DNA of 64,000 nucleotides, taken from the NCBI GenBank assembly GCA_012295275.1, contig CM022665.1:12586001-12650000 (forward strand), written 5' to 3'. The number at the start of each line of letters is the position of its first letter. Position 1 is the first letter of the stretch. This document shows positions 1 through 18,737 of the stretch, one piece after another. Origin of the DNA: Chrysomallon squamiferum. Lineage: Eukaryota > Animalia > Mollusca. Under the pieces are notes generated by a model. That model saw only the letters and a list, made by a program, of their open reading frames with translations, did not search any database and was not told the DNA's origin. The position numbers were made by a program, and so were the translations under genes.

Positions 1-1084
1 TTAAATTAATATATCATCAAAATAAAAAATCATAACCAGCTGATAATGAACATTTTAATGCAAGTATTACAAGTAATTTAAGAAAGTTTTAAAACAGTAG
101 TTTTTAATTAAATACAGTTAGATAGGTAGATAGAATGAAAAGAAGTAAATGCATTATTAATTTAAATTTCCAAATTCTGCTCTAATATAACTATGCTTTT
201 TAGTATTAAATAAAATGTAATATATTCTGTAGTTTCAGTTTTAAAAAAGAAAATTAAACTTGATAGGTTATTCACATTAATTTCACAAGCACAAGGTTTA
301 TTTAATGCATACATTTACATCCCCTAAGGCTGGTAATAGATTTCATAGTCAAAATATAGATATATAAATAATTATAAATAAAAGTAAAATATATTGGATG
401 TATATAATAATTTGATGTATTTGAATTTATGTCTGTGTTTGTGTCTGTATCTGTGTGTGTGTGTGTGTGTCTGTATGTGTGTGTGTGTGTGGTGCCTCAA
501 ACTTTGAATTTAATCAATTTAAGGAAGCCATTCAGACTCTGAAATATTTGAAGACTGAATCATTTTTCCCCAGTGGAAACAGTGGAAAGTAAATTAATCA
601 GCTCTCTTCCCCCTCTAACAACCATTCATTAAACAGCATATACACACTGACATGCCCTAAATCATCAATTAAAACATGAAAATATGTAAATACATGTACT
701 GTATAACAAAATACAAATTGCATTTAAACTCTAGACCAATTTCTCATGACTTTAGCATTATAACTCTGGAACATTCAAAGTATAAGGCATACGTATGTGT
801 GTGTTTTGTATTTGTATGTGTTTTAATATGTTTTTGTGTTTGTGCATGCATGTTTGTAAAAATAAATAATATATTTTTGTTTTTTGTAATTCTTTCTGTG
901 ATTTGCATGACTTACAGCTGTTTTTTTGTTTTTGTTTGTTTGTTTATATTAAATAACCAGGATGTACCATAAAAATTGGACATGGTATAAAAGGTTAGTG
1001 AAAAAATTAAATATTTGCATAGAGAAAACAATCCTTTATTTGGAATTAAACAGGGTTATAGTATTTCAAAACAGTAAATATTTA

Positions 1085-1620
1085 TGTATACTTGCTTGTG
1101 AAGGTTTCAAGTAATTTACAGAAGGGAAATTGCAGCTTTTTAAACTGTGAAAGTTTACATAATTATACTTGCATTTGTAAATCATAGCAATTTACATGGG
1201 AGGCGAAACATTGAGCATTATAATAGTAATTTCAAAATTATCAGCAAGGGGAAATTATGGCTAATATTTAAAATGTAATTTTATTCTGGTGAAAGTTTAC
1301 ATAATTACCTACTTGCTTTTATAGATAATAAATCATTTAGATTACAATCAATGATATTTAAATATTTACTCTTTAAAATAGTGAAATTTTACATCTCCTT
1401 ATATTTGCAATTGTTTTAATAATGTAAATTACAAATAATTTGAAAATGAAAGCCAATGTAATATTTAAAATTGTCAGTTTTAAATAGTGACAGTTTAAAT
1501 ATATACTTGCTCCCACAGATTAGAAGAAAATTTAACACTGAAGTCATGTCCATGCCATTTTAATATGTGAAATTTTTTTTTTTAAATAGTTAATTATTTT
1601 ACATACACCTGCTTGTGTGG
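1085..1620. repeat. Degenerate minisatellite-like array
   Basis: The motif GTGAAAGTTTACAT(A)...ACTTGC recurs near 1147, 1289, 1381, 1487 and 1588 with variable spacing. Confidence 0.6.
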
Positions 1621-2358
1621 ATTACAGATAGCTTGCTGAATAGCTTCACATAACTTCCACTGACAAAATAATTTTAAAAAATATTAGATTTAGTAAAAGA
1701 AACTTATTTGTCATAAAACTAATTATCATTTTGAAGCACTTTGCAAACTAACAATTTAAATGACAATAAATCCAAAACATAAAGATCCAGTTTTGGGACT
1801 ATTAAAATTTATTCATGGAATTAATAAAATTAATTCAAATGTGTGTGTGTGTGTGTAGGGGGTGTTTGAATTATATAATTCTAAGTTAGTTACTTAGCAT
1901 CAGCCTTTGCTGATAATAAAGTATGGCAGTAAGACTGAAGAGATGCACAAAGATATAAATATGAAATAAGAAACATGATAATCTCATATTTACGTGAATT
2001 TTGGCCAGTTTTATGGACTTTTATCACTTTTCTGAAATTAATGAAGAAAAGGCATCATGACATTTTATTTATATATGTTAGTAATCTTGCATTATAGCAG
2101 TTTATCCAAAAATGTTATAGGATCTTATCTTTACATATTTACTATAAATAAAATTTGTTTTGTTAAAATTTACTGAAATATCTGAAAGTATGTGTGAGTA
2201 TGCATGCATTTTTAGACATACATAAACACTGATATTCTCTTATAAATATGTAAATTAAATATGTCCATTCAAAGTATTAAATAATACCTTTACAGTATTT
2301 AATGTAATAATTATTTTATTTATAATACATAACTAATTTAATTTATAGTATATAAGTA

Positions 2359-2850
2359 TAATTTAATTTATAGTACATAACTGTAATTTTATTTATTGTA
2401 CATAACTTACTTTCAATTCCTGTTTGTTATAACTAACCTAATGACTGTATAATTCAACTTACTCAGCTTGTACTTACAAATTTTAACAAATACTAAGGGG
2501 TGCCAAGGTGTTAACCTAAAAAAAAAAATATGTGTTTTTAAAAATAACATTAGAAAGATTGCTTTATTCAAACAATTACATTTTTAATTTAATACTGAAC
2601 TTACTAATTTAATTTATAGTACATAACTGTAATTTTATTTATTGTACATAACTTACTTTCAATTCCTGTTTGTTATAACTAACCTAATGACTATATAATT
2701 CAGCTTACTCAGCTTGTACTTACAAATTTTAACAAATACTAAGGGGTGCCAAGGTGTTAACCTAAAAAAAAATATGTGTTTTTAAAAATAACATTAGAAA
2801 CATTGCTTTATTCAAACAATTACATTTTTAATTTAATACTGAACTTACTA
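2359..2850. repeat. Near-perfect tandem duplication, 2 x about 246 bp
   Basis: The unit TAATTTAATTTATAGTACATAACTG...GGGGTGCCAAGGTGTTAACC...CTGAACTTAC starts at 2359 and 2605. The copies differ by a few substitutions and a poly-A length difference. Confidence 0.95.
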
Positions 2851-2941
2851 AAGGCAGAGGAAGGTTATTGTAAAGAGAGAAAAATTAACATTTTTTATAA
2901 AATTATATTTATATTTTTTCTTTCATTTAAAAAAAAAAAGG

Positions 2942-2990
<49 letters not shown>

Positions 2991-3101
2991 GGTTTGTTGC
3001 TAATTCATTCTTGATGTCAGTATTTTGCCAGTTAGAGGTTTAAAAAATAAAATAAAATTGTGATTACATAAGTTGGATTTTAATTCTGATGATGACTGAG
3101 G

Positions 3102-3213
<112 letters not shown>

Positions 3214-3782
3214 TAGTGTCAACGAAAGAAGGAATGAAATGCAGTTTTGAAGTTGTTACATTTTTACATTACTATAGAACTAAGCAATGTAAATTAAGTA
3301 TTACAAAATTATACAGGATAAATAATTCTTTACTTTTTAATTGTTTTCTGCTTGAAATTTGTTATTTCAAATTTAGTTTTGGATTATCTTTAACAGATTG
3401 ATAAATTGTATTACTCAATAATTAAAATGATTTGTTTCAAATAATTATAGGTAACTTTGCAAAACATATTGTTCCTCTTTTTCAAAATTGAAATGTATTT
3501 AAATCTTATAAACTATAGATATTTGTCATCTTTTAAAATGTTGGTCAGAATTAAGAAATGGAATTATATTTAAGTCATAAGAACAAATAAAAAAGGTTTT
3601 AGTGGTGACTATAATATACAAATAAACAAATAAATAAATAAATAAATGATAATAATAATAGATAATGATAACAATGATGATACTGATGATGATGATGATG
3701 ATGATAAAAATGGACTGTTTCCCCCCTTCTATTTCAGTTGACTCATTTCCCAGGAATAATAATAGTAATAATAATAATAATA

Positions 3783-3819
<37 letters not shown>

Positions 3820-3831
3820 CGACAATGATGA

Positions 3832-9119
<5,288 letters not shown>

Positions 9120-11610
9120 ACAGCAAGAAGAAGAACAGATGTTTAATTCATTTGTGAATTAATTTACTGAATGATCATCAACAGGATGTCACATTTGAAC
9201 TGCCATAGCAAAAAACAATAATAATTTTTATTTATTTTTATTTTATTTTTTAATTTTTAATTTTCTTCTTCTTCTTCTTCTTATTATTATTATTAATGAA
9301 TTAATTTATTTTATTATTTATTTTATATTTTATTTATTTTTTTATTAATTGCTGATGTATTGCTGAAAAATTATAATAAATTAACTTTAAAAGAAAACAA
9401 ATGATTTGTACAAAACAACTTTGCAATTTTTATGAACTGTATTATTTAATTCAAAATTTTATCATGTAGAATATTCTATTACTGGTGGGCTTTTTTTTTT
9501 TTAATTTTATTTTGCCATCTTTATTATTATTGTTGTTTAATTATAATTTATTATGTCTTCTTATTATTACTGTTATCATCATCATCAAACAAAGTGTTAA
9601 TCAAAACAATATCTTCTAGTTTGTTATTCAAAAAATGTATTAGACCATTTTTAATTTTTCTTAATTTATATGTATATAAAAACACAATGTATTATTCACG
9701 TGGAAGCCCAGCAGATCAAAGAGGCTGTCAGCAAAGTCTTCGAAATTTCTAAAGAATTTATATTTCTCCATCATAATACTTAGCAGTGAACTGTACTGAG
9801 TTTTACAAATACTTATTATCATCAATTATTTTTTTTTATTTTTATATAGTTCATAGACAAGAATACATTTACAATAATATTGGACTTTATTTTTAATATG
9901 GTATAAATATTTTTATTTATTTAATTTATTATTATTTTTTATTATTTTTTTTTATTATTATTTGTTTTACTTTTTTTATTATTATTATTTTACAGCCTTT
10001 TTATTAATGCTGGGGTTGCACAGTTTAAACTTTTAATATTTGTATTACTCTAAACTGTTGTGTTCATATCAGGATCTATCTAAATACTTATTTACATTTG
10101 TTATGTTTATTTCAGATTTTTATTGTATATTATAAATATATATATATATATATAAATATATATATTCAAGATTTTTACAAATTTCTATTATCATGTAATG
10201 TCAAATATATATAACTGGATATACATATTTTTTAAATAATGAAATTTTTTATTTTGATCTCCTGTTATTAATTATTAACAATGACAGATTTGTTTTCTCT
10301 AATTGTAGAGATGAATAAAATGGAGTAATGGAGAAAAAAAAAGCCTGTTAAGTCAACAAAATTTTAGTAGAAAAGAATTTGAAAACAGTTTATTAAAACA
10401 GCAACAAAAAAATGTATAATAATTGAAAATTACTGATTTCAGCTGCAATATTTGGCCAGTTTTATTGAGAGTTGTAACAAGTATGCTATGAATAAAAAAA
10501 TTCAGTCTTAATATTTTATGGTTAACTGAAAATTTTAATTATCAGTTTCATATTTACTTGAATGTTGTTAAAGAAATTTATGAAGTTTTAATTATCAGTA
10601 ACAGAGATACTGCAAAAAGTTTTGTATACATTTTATCTTTTTTTTTTTTTTTTTTTTTTAAATAATTGTTTTTGGCTACAAAATTATGTGAGAATTTTTG
10701 ACCATATTAAAAAATAAAGTTGAAAATTTTGAAAATATTTCTGAATATAATATGCAAAAGACTTTTTATAAGAATTATTATTGCTTTGGAGATTTTGATT
10801 TTCCCCTCTCCCTCAATATTGTGACAAATATCTCTAAAAAAAAAAAAAAAAAAAAAAATTTGCAAAGAAAACATTCAGTTGTTGTTGACTGATCTTGAAG
10901 TAATAACAGTACCGTTGTTAAAAAAAATATTTAAAAAATTATTATATAATTATATTGTTGTAATCATCAAATGTTTTGTTCCAGTCATGTGCTTATAAAA
11001 CTGTGTAATGTACATAATTATGGTACAGATTTTAGTAACTTTTAGACTGTAATGGTTTCCAATGGTTAAACCATTTATGAAGTTTTTATAAGCATGTGTT
11101 TAGGGATTGTTATAATTTTCTTTTTTAATAAATACACATGTATGCATATTTGCATATATATATATAAACATGTAACGCACATATTTTAATCAAGAAAATT
11201 ATACACGGCAGCTGTTGTATAATAATTGATGGGAATGTGATTTTTATGAATTTTTTTCATAGCTATTTGTAATCAGAATATATTTACAGGTCTGTTACCC
11301 AGGTTTAAAACCTTTTACATAAAGGGTTAAAAATAAATATATATGTATTCTAGAGACTTGTTCTGCCCAAGATATTTAATGCAAACCCAAATACCTATTC
11401 ATTTGACTAATTTTCATAAATTTTGAAAAACAAAAGTTTATTTTTGCTTTCAAGAACACAAAAATGTCATGTTATTAGTTTTGGTTCAAATTATTTATTG
11501 AAAAAGGGATATAAAACATGGTTTTGTCACTGTTGTCACCTGGATGTTTTATATGTATCATTTTATTCAGAATAAAGTCAATGGCAATAATAAATACATT
11601 TTTATTGTAA

Positions 11611-11851
11611 ATTAACAAACTGTAACATCTTGAAAACGTAATATTCTTGAAACTATACCTCATAAATACATGCTAAAGAGAAGCATAATATTAATAACTT
11701 TCTACTATTTCAGATATTTTAAATAACTTATTTTTGTTGTAGATTAACAAAACTATAATATCTTGAAAACGTATTATAGCCTTGAAACTTCGTCATGAAT
11801 AAATACATGTTAAAGAGAAGCAAGCACATTAATAACTTTCTATTTCAGATA
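11611..11851. repeat. Diverged tandem duplication, about 130-bp period, between the PAH and MED14 3' ends
   Basis: ATTAACAAA...TCTTGAAAACGTA...CTTGAAACT...ATAAATACATG(C/T)TAAAGAGAAGCA...ATTAATAACTTTCTA...TTTCAGATA occurs at 11611 and 11743. Confidence 0.85.
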
Positions 11852-13558
11852 ACTGATTTAATTAAAAAATTAAAAATTAATATAGAGTAAAGTATTGTAA
11901 TCAAAGATAAAAAACTTCTTGATGAAGTGTCACTTTGTTGTTTTTAAAATTATATATTGAGCCGATTCCTCTTTCAGTCATTCTCATTATTGCAAGAATG
12001 ATGCATGGAAGATATTTTCATGTATACAAGGCTATATTTATTGTGTATGTGTATATATTATCATTAAATATTCTTTTTTTTATATACTAAAAACTGATTA
12101 TTCTGTAGGTTTGGAGGATTTTTGACATTTGTTTTACACATAGAAAAATACAATAACCTTTTATAGCTAATCATAAGATACTGTCCAGAGAAAGACTGTT
12201 ACAAAGATTTTAAAATTTCCTAATGATTAAACTGATATGATTTCTTATCAAATTTATTCAACACAAAAATAAGAGTTTTTTAAAAGTTTGATAAACTTTA
12301 CCCATAATGAATACAAAATTCAAAGAAATAAATACAGAATATTTTGGTCTTTTTACAACATCAGTATAAGCATTTAATACAAAAACAAACACAGTTAGGT
12401 CATTTATAAATATTTTATATATCTTACATTCATTCCACCAGTGTTAAGATGGAATTTTTTTTTAACAACCTTTAACAAATCATAAAATATTTATGATATT
12501 GCAGATCAATAAAGAAAATGCAATGCAGATTAAATAAGATTTGTTCTACATGTGGAAATAGAACAAAATACAGTTCTTAATATTGAGATTTTTTTTAAAT
12601 ATTTAAGAAAATACAGTGAAATATTATTATCAAATTCACATTGTGAAATATCCAAGAGATTCTCAAAGGCAAATGATTAGCCTTTAAAAAAAAAAAAAAA
12701 GTATTTTATAAATTATATTGAAGGTAGTTTTTCATAACCAATGACATTCTGAATTTCTTCAACAAGTTAATACAAATCTTTGATTGTTTATTCCTTCATT
12801 AAAAAATGATCTAAGGAACCAATCTGATTCTGTGCATCTTTTCTTCAAGTTCCAATACCTCCTAAATTAACCAGTCTAAACCACTGAATTACTTTTCTAA
12901 GAATGAATAATGCATGTGTGTGATATATTTCTAATAAATATTTCACTATCTACAATGCTCAGCAAAATGTCCATTTCAAGTTTATTTATATATAAAACAA
13001 TGGGGTAAACAATAATAATCCAAGTTTATATAAACAACATGTATATTAAGGCCCTGCCTGTGAATAATGCTGCAATATGTTTATGATCGGAGATCAAACA
13101 GTTTGTACATATCCTTAACATTATTAAGACTATAAGTCAAAGGTGAAAACAGAATCACGGCTTAAAACTGAAGATATATTCAATTATGATAACTTTCTTC
13201 TAAGCCTGGAATCTGGACTTAATAACAGTCCTAAGCACATTTAATACACAGTCAACTGACTGTTTTATTGTTAACAGAACAGCAAACTTGGCTGATAATA
13301 AAGTATAACAATAAAATAACAATTTCATATTTGGATATTAATGGTTATTTTCTGTTTTTCACTATATTACTTTATACAGACAATGGTATTCGTTCTCAGT
13401 CACCTTGCGTCTGTCATTTAACATCCATACAAGAAATGACTGATGATACATTTAAATGATCTATTTTCATTGTATAAGTTTTATTCACCTAATTAGTTGT
13501 GTAATTCTGTTTTGAATCTGTATTGGTAAAGATTTTATGAGATGAAATCCACGGTTTT

Positions 13559-16500
13559 TCAAACGACTGGAACTACCAGATTGGCCATGAGCTCACGAAC
13601 AGCTGGAAATATTGCACACTCGGTGTGATTCTGGTAGGTTTCAGCAAATCTCTTCAGCATCATCGTAATAGCACCCTGGACTGGGGTCTGCATGTGCTGC
13701 TGCGTCATCTGAGGGCGCTCCACCTGGCTGATGGTGTTGGCCTGGATGTCATACAAAAGTGGGATGTGGATTGATTGAGGTTCTTTGCCTGGTGGCAGGT
13801 TTAAACCAATTCTGGTAAATTGCAGCTGTAATAAGGAAAAGAAATAAAATATGTAGACAAATATTTTTGACTATAATGTAATTGTTTGACATTTTGAAAA
13901 CTCATAAAAAACCCAGTGAATCATTACAACATATAATGATAAAATGACTATAGAAAAGATAAAATTTTTTTTTTTTTTTTTTTATACATTAGAAAAAAAC
14001 TCAAAACAACTTACCACAATAAGCATTTTGTTCTTGATGACAACAGCAGGAGTTCCTGGTGGTGCGATGAAGTTTAGAACATTTGGTGGGATTGTCAAAC
14101 ACCACTGAACAGACCATTTGAAGTTGCGATCTGGCATCTACAACAAACAAACAAAAACAAGACATAAGTTGTGACCATAATAGATATATTTAACAAGGTT
14201 TTTCTTTTCTTTTCTTTATTTTTGCTAAAAGTAACTACTATCCATATCCTCACAAAAAATATGCTATGTAAATTTTCATAAATTATTTTCTTTGACAGAT
14301 GTTATTATTTTTTTTAAATGCTGTTAAATATATAAATATTAAAAATATTAAAATTAAAAAAAATATATACATATATAATATAAAATTTTAGAAATAATAA
14401 ATCCAAATTTGAAGAAAGTGTCTTTGTTAAATTTATGTAAAATAATGCCGTGTTACTGCTCTGCAATTGAAGGTGGAAAAAAAAATCTATGAATAAGAAA
14501 GGAAAAAAATAAAAATAAATATAAATATTAAATAATAACAGTAATAAGTTCTAATAATGATAACAATAAAAGGAAGAAGAAGCATTAAAATAACAATAAC
14601 AGTAACAAAAAGAGAAACCTGTCATTTGGATAAACTTACCAACTCAAGTCTCATGATTTGAACACAGTCTCTCAGTATTCTAGATGGAGCTCCAAGCAAA
14701 CGACTGAATGCTGTCAAAGCATTAGCCTTGTATGGAGGACAAGCAACCTGAAATACAGTAACACAGTTTTTAAACAAAAGTAAAAAAAAAATAAAAAATT
14801 TAAAGGTATTTTTAAAATGAAGAACAAGCTGTCTGAAAATAGAGGGAAGGTGTTTGAAAATGTTTTTAAAAATTTCAAAAGATATTACAGCAGGGATAAA
14901 TCTTTAACTAATGATAATATGGATGGCCAAAAGAAAAGTAAATATTATATGCAGGTTTCAAAAGAAGTAAATTAAAATGAAGAATCTGCCAAACATTTTG
15001 AAACTATTTTTGCCAAACAAGACAGCTTACACAATCATGTATGGGTGAAATATAAAATTAATATAGTTTCAGCAATTTACATAATTTACAGATTGAAAAT
15101 CAGAAACGTAGTGTGGCTAATTATACCTTTGTTTCAAAAAATTTCTCAATAATTTGCAGTTCTTCAGGAGTGAACACATCTTTGCAATCTGCAATAAACA
15201 AATATTTAGTCTTATATAATTTAGTTCAAAATTTCAAAACTATGATTTTATATCATAACTCATAAGATAAATTCTTATTAGAATAAAAAGCCCCCCCTTT
15301 TCACCCCCTCTTGAAAACATTAATTATTTAAATGGGACCATGTCATCATATTGGCTTACTTAAATTACAGTTTATATTGTGAAATGCATCAGCTTCATAA
15401 CAATCTGAACTGTCTATATTCAGTTAAGTATAGATCTTATGAACAAATGAACAAATAACAAAGTAAGAGAGATTTAAGAGTGAAATGTATACCAGGTGAC
15501 TGGAAAACTTTAAGCTGAAGTGACTGAAGTGTTGGGTGATGCAGACTGACTTTACATTGAAGTCCATCAACTTTAAACATGACAACTCCCGGTTCCACTG
15601 GGGGCATGTAAGTCAGCTGAAACAGAAATTCCATAAAATAATTACATGAAGACTACTGCCAAAAATATGGCAGAAAACCGTAATTTTAAAACTTAAATAT
15701 ACTGATATTATATATATTATTTTATTTTTTTAATGGCTTAACTGGATTTAAAATTATGTTAATTAGTACATAATGTTAGTCATCAGAAGAGCAATTATTC
15801 AAAACAAACTAAAATATCACAAATAATATTAAAAAAATTAAATATTTATAAAATCAAAAATATTATACATATTTTTGCAAATAAAAACCCAGCTGAATTA
15901 TCTTATTTTCTTGACTGAATGGATGAGTTTGTTTTCATGCTTTGTTAATTCAGTCAATGAATCATACATTTGTTGATTTACGTAAAATCATCAGTTACAT
16001 GCTCCATTTTTGTATGATGTATCTGATGACAGCCAGCTAATCAAAACTTGGGTAATAAAGAAATTAAAACCTTGAACTGTGCAAACTTACAGATTCTTCA
16101 GAATTTACAGTTCGTGACAGCTGTTTCTTTAAGAAAGTACACCCAAAGAATTTCTCCAGTGGTGAGGCTAAGATATACTGAGCTCCAGTGAGAGATGTTG
16201 GAGTCAACATGTTGTTGAAAGCCTCATGTGACAGCAGAAGGGGGACAGAGGCTGCCCAAGATCTCTGGGGAAGGACTCGAGATGGATGGTTCACAACTGT
16301 GAAAATGCAATCAAATTCATTAAAGACATATTGAAAAAATATATTTTCCAAGAAATATACATGCATATAGATGTATGTATGTATGTATGTATGTAGGTAT
16401 GTAGGTATTTCAGATCGCTAAAGGAGTAAGCTTACTATGCACAAATTACACATATGCTAATTCTGTGGTGAAACTAGTATTTGTACAGAATGATATATTT

Positions 16501-18702
16501 TAGGTTTTCTTACTCATTTTAATCACACACAATAAACTGGTGATCTGGGAATAATGCCTCTGAACAAGAAGACTTTTTTTTATAGTAGAATATTAATATT
16601 GGTGCAAATGTTTTTTCTTCTTTACATTAATAATGATATTTTTAAAATGACCAATAATAATAATAATAAATAATAATAAAAGTAGTAATAATAAAGGGCT
16701 GAATTTTGATACATAAATAACTAAACAAATTATGGCTTAGGGTGTGGTAGTTTAAAAAACATTTGACAAATATTAATAATGAGTAATAACACTTAACAAT
16801 AATAAAAAGGCTGAATTTAGACACATAATTAACAAATTATAGCTTAGAGTTTGATGGTCTGAATCTTTTTTTTTTTTAAATATTATAATCTGTAATAATA
16901 ATAAAGGGCTGAACATAGACATATAACAGGTTGAGTGGCCTCTTAAAAGTCCTAATTACAGTATTGTCTGTTGATTGCCAAAGAAAATAAGTAATCAAAG
17001 AATTTACCTGGTGAGGCTGGAGATGGACCTTGCACTGAAGGTGAGTTAGGCCAGTTTCTTGTACCAGGTGATGGCATAGCAATATTTGAACCAGGGTAGG
17101 GAGACCCACCTTCCACCATGCCTGTAAATTGAAATGTTAATAGTGAAATTTAAGTTCAAAGAAAAAATGCAATTTACAAAAATCACAGGAAACAAGTTTA
17201 CATCCAAACTCTTTAAGATGTGAAAACAGGTTTTTGGTATATCAACTAATATTTCATTTCTGAAATCAAATCAAAATAAAGAAAATAATATGAATATTCT
17301 AGTTTTATTATTGAAAATACTTTTAAACATCATTTGATACATTAAAATAAAAACATGTAAAATTGTAAGGGAAAAATCTTATCTGGAAATAGTCATATAC
17401 ACATTTTATATTTCAGTATGAAAATCTAAAATTAGATTTTTCCCTTATCATTTTCAATATCTATAAAAAAAAAAAATAATAATAATTAAATAAAAGGAAA
17501 TATATATTTCAAAAATCAAACACAGTTTGTTAGTCTTTTGTAGCAAAATTCTTCTGTCTAAAAACAACAGCCCAAAGAAGTACCACAACACAGACAATGG
17601 TATAAAGAATATTAAAGAGAGAAAAAAAAATTCTAAATTAAAAACAAGCATAATTCGGCAAAGATTTAAGGCTTGTAGCTCAAACAAAATATAGGATAAA
17701 AAGGCAAGCATTCAAAAATATATCATTCAAAAAAAAAAAAAAGATAGGAAGGCTTTAAGGAGATATTAAATTTGGAAATAAATTTAAAAATGTCTTCAAG
17801 ATTTCCATAGTTTTTGTCATGCTTTGGATAAATTCAAATTCATTCCCTAAGCAAGATTTGATTAGATGTATCCAAGTAAGTGAGAATTATTTTTCATGAA
17901 ATGTTCTTGCAATCTGACACATCCAAGTATCTGCAGTCTAGTCAACTATTCAGTATATCAGATAGTTATTATTAACTGACACAATAATCTATGCTCTTCC
18001 TTAACATGTAGAATAGCTATCTTAAAATAATTTTTACTGAAACATTTCCTTTAGAGAATAATATTCATTCTTATAAAAAAAGAGGAAAGAGGTATCATAT
18101 AAACATGCAATGTCTCTATATTCTATAAAAATAAAACATTATTGTAGCGTTATTTACAACAAACCCATGCCACTAATACTAACGAAAAACTGAAGAAAGG
18201 TTAGGATAATATATTATAGACATGTGCAAGTATTTACAACAAACAACAAAGGATTATTAAAAAAATAAACACCTAGGATTAGGTAAACTGATTGTTACCT
18301 GTTTGACAAAAGCAAAAAACAAAAGAAGCATTTACCAAGATGAAAATGAAGGAAGAGAATGCCCACAATGCTTCATGATGACAGGCAACAAGACAACAGC
18401 TATTAAAAAGAAATGAACTCTTACTTGGGCTGATAAAAGAACCAACTGGAGACTGCATGTGGATGCCTAGTGACTGGGGAGAGGGAGTGGGGACAAAAGA
18501 AGAAGGGGAGGGGACGTGTAGTTGTGGGTTGCCGGGTGACCCTCCTGTTAGCAATGTACCTGGAGATGGATTGCCAATCAGAGTTGAAGGGGATGGATTG
18601 ACCTGCAAATAACAATAAATAAATAAATAAATAAATAAAATAAGTCAATACAAAACAAAACAAAAAAATAAAATAAAATTAAAATTAAAATTAAATTTAA
18701 AA

Positions 18703-18737
<35 letters not shown>

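Noticed and set aside
676-972. ORF containing HLNSRPIS, reminiscent of the PAH ACT-domain motif HIESRPS
   Set aside because: No flanking ACT similarity and no convincing splice sites; the rest of the ORF is GT/T-rich low-complexity sequence. PAH exons 1-3 probably lie upstream of the window.
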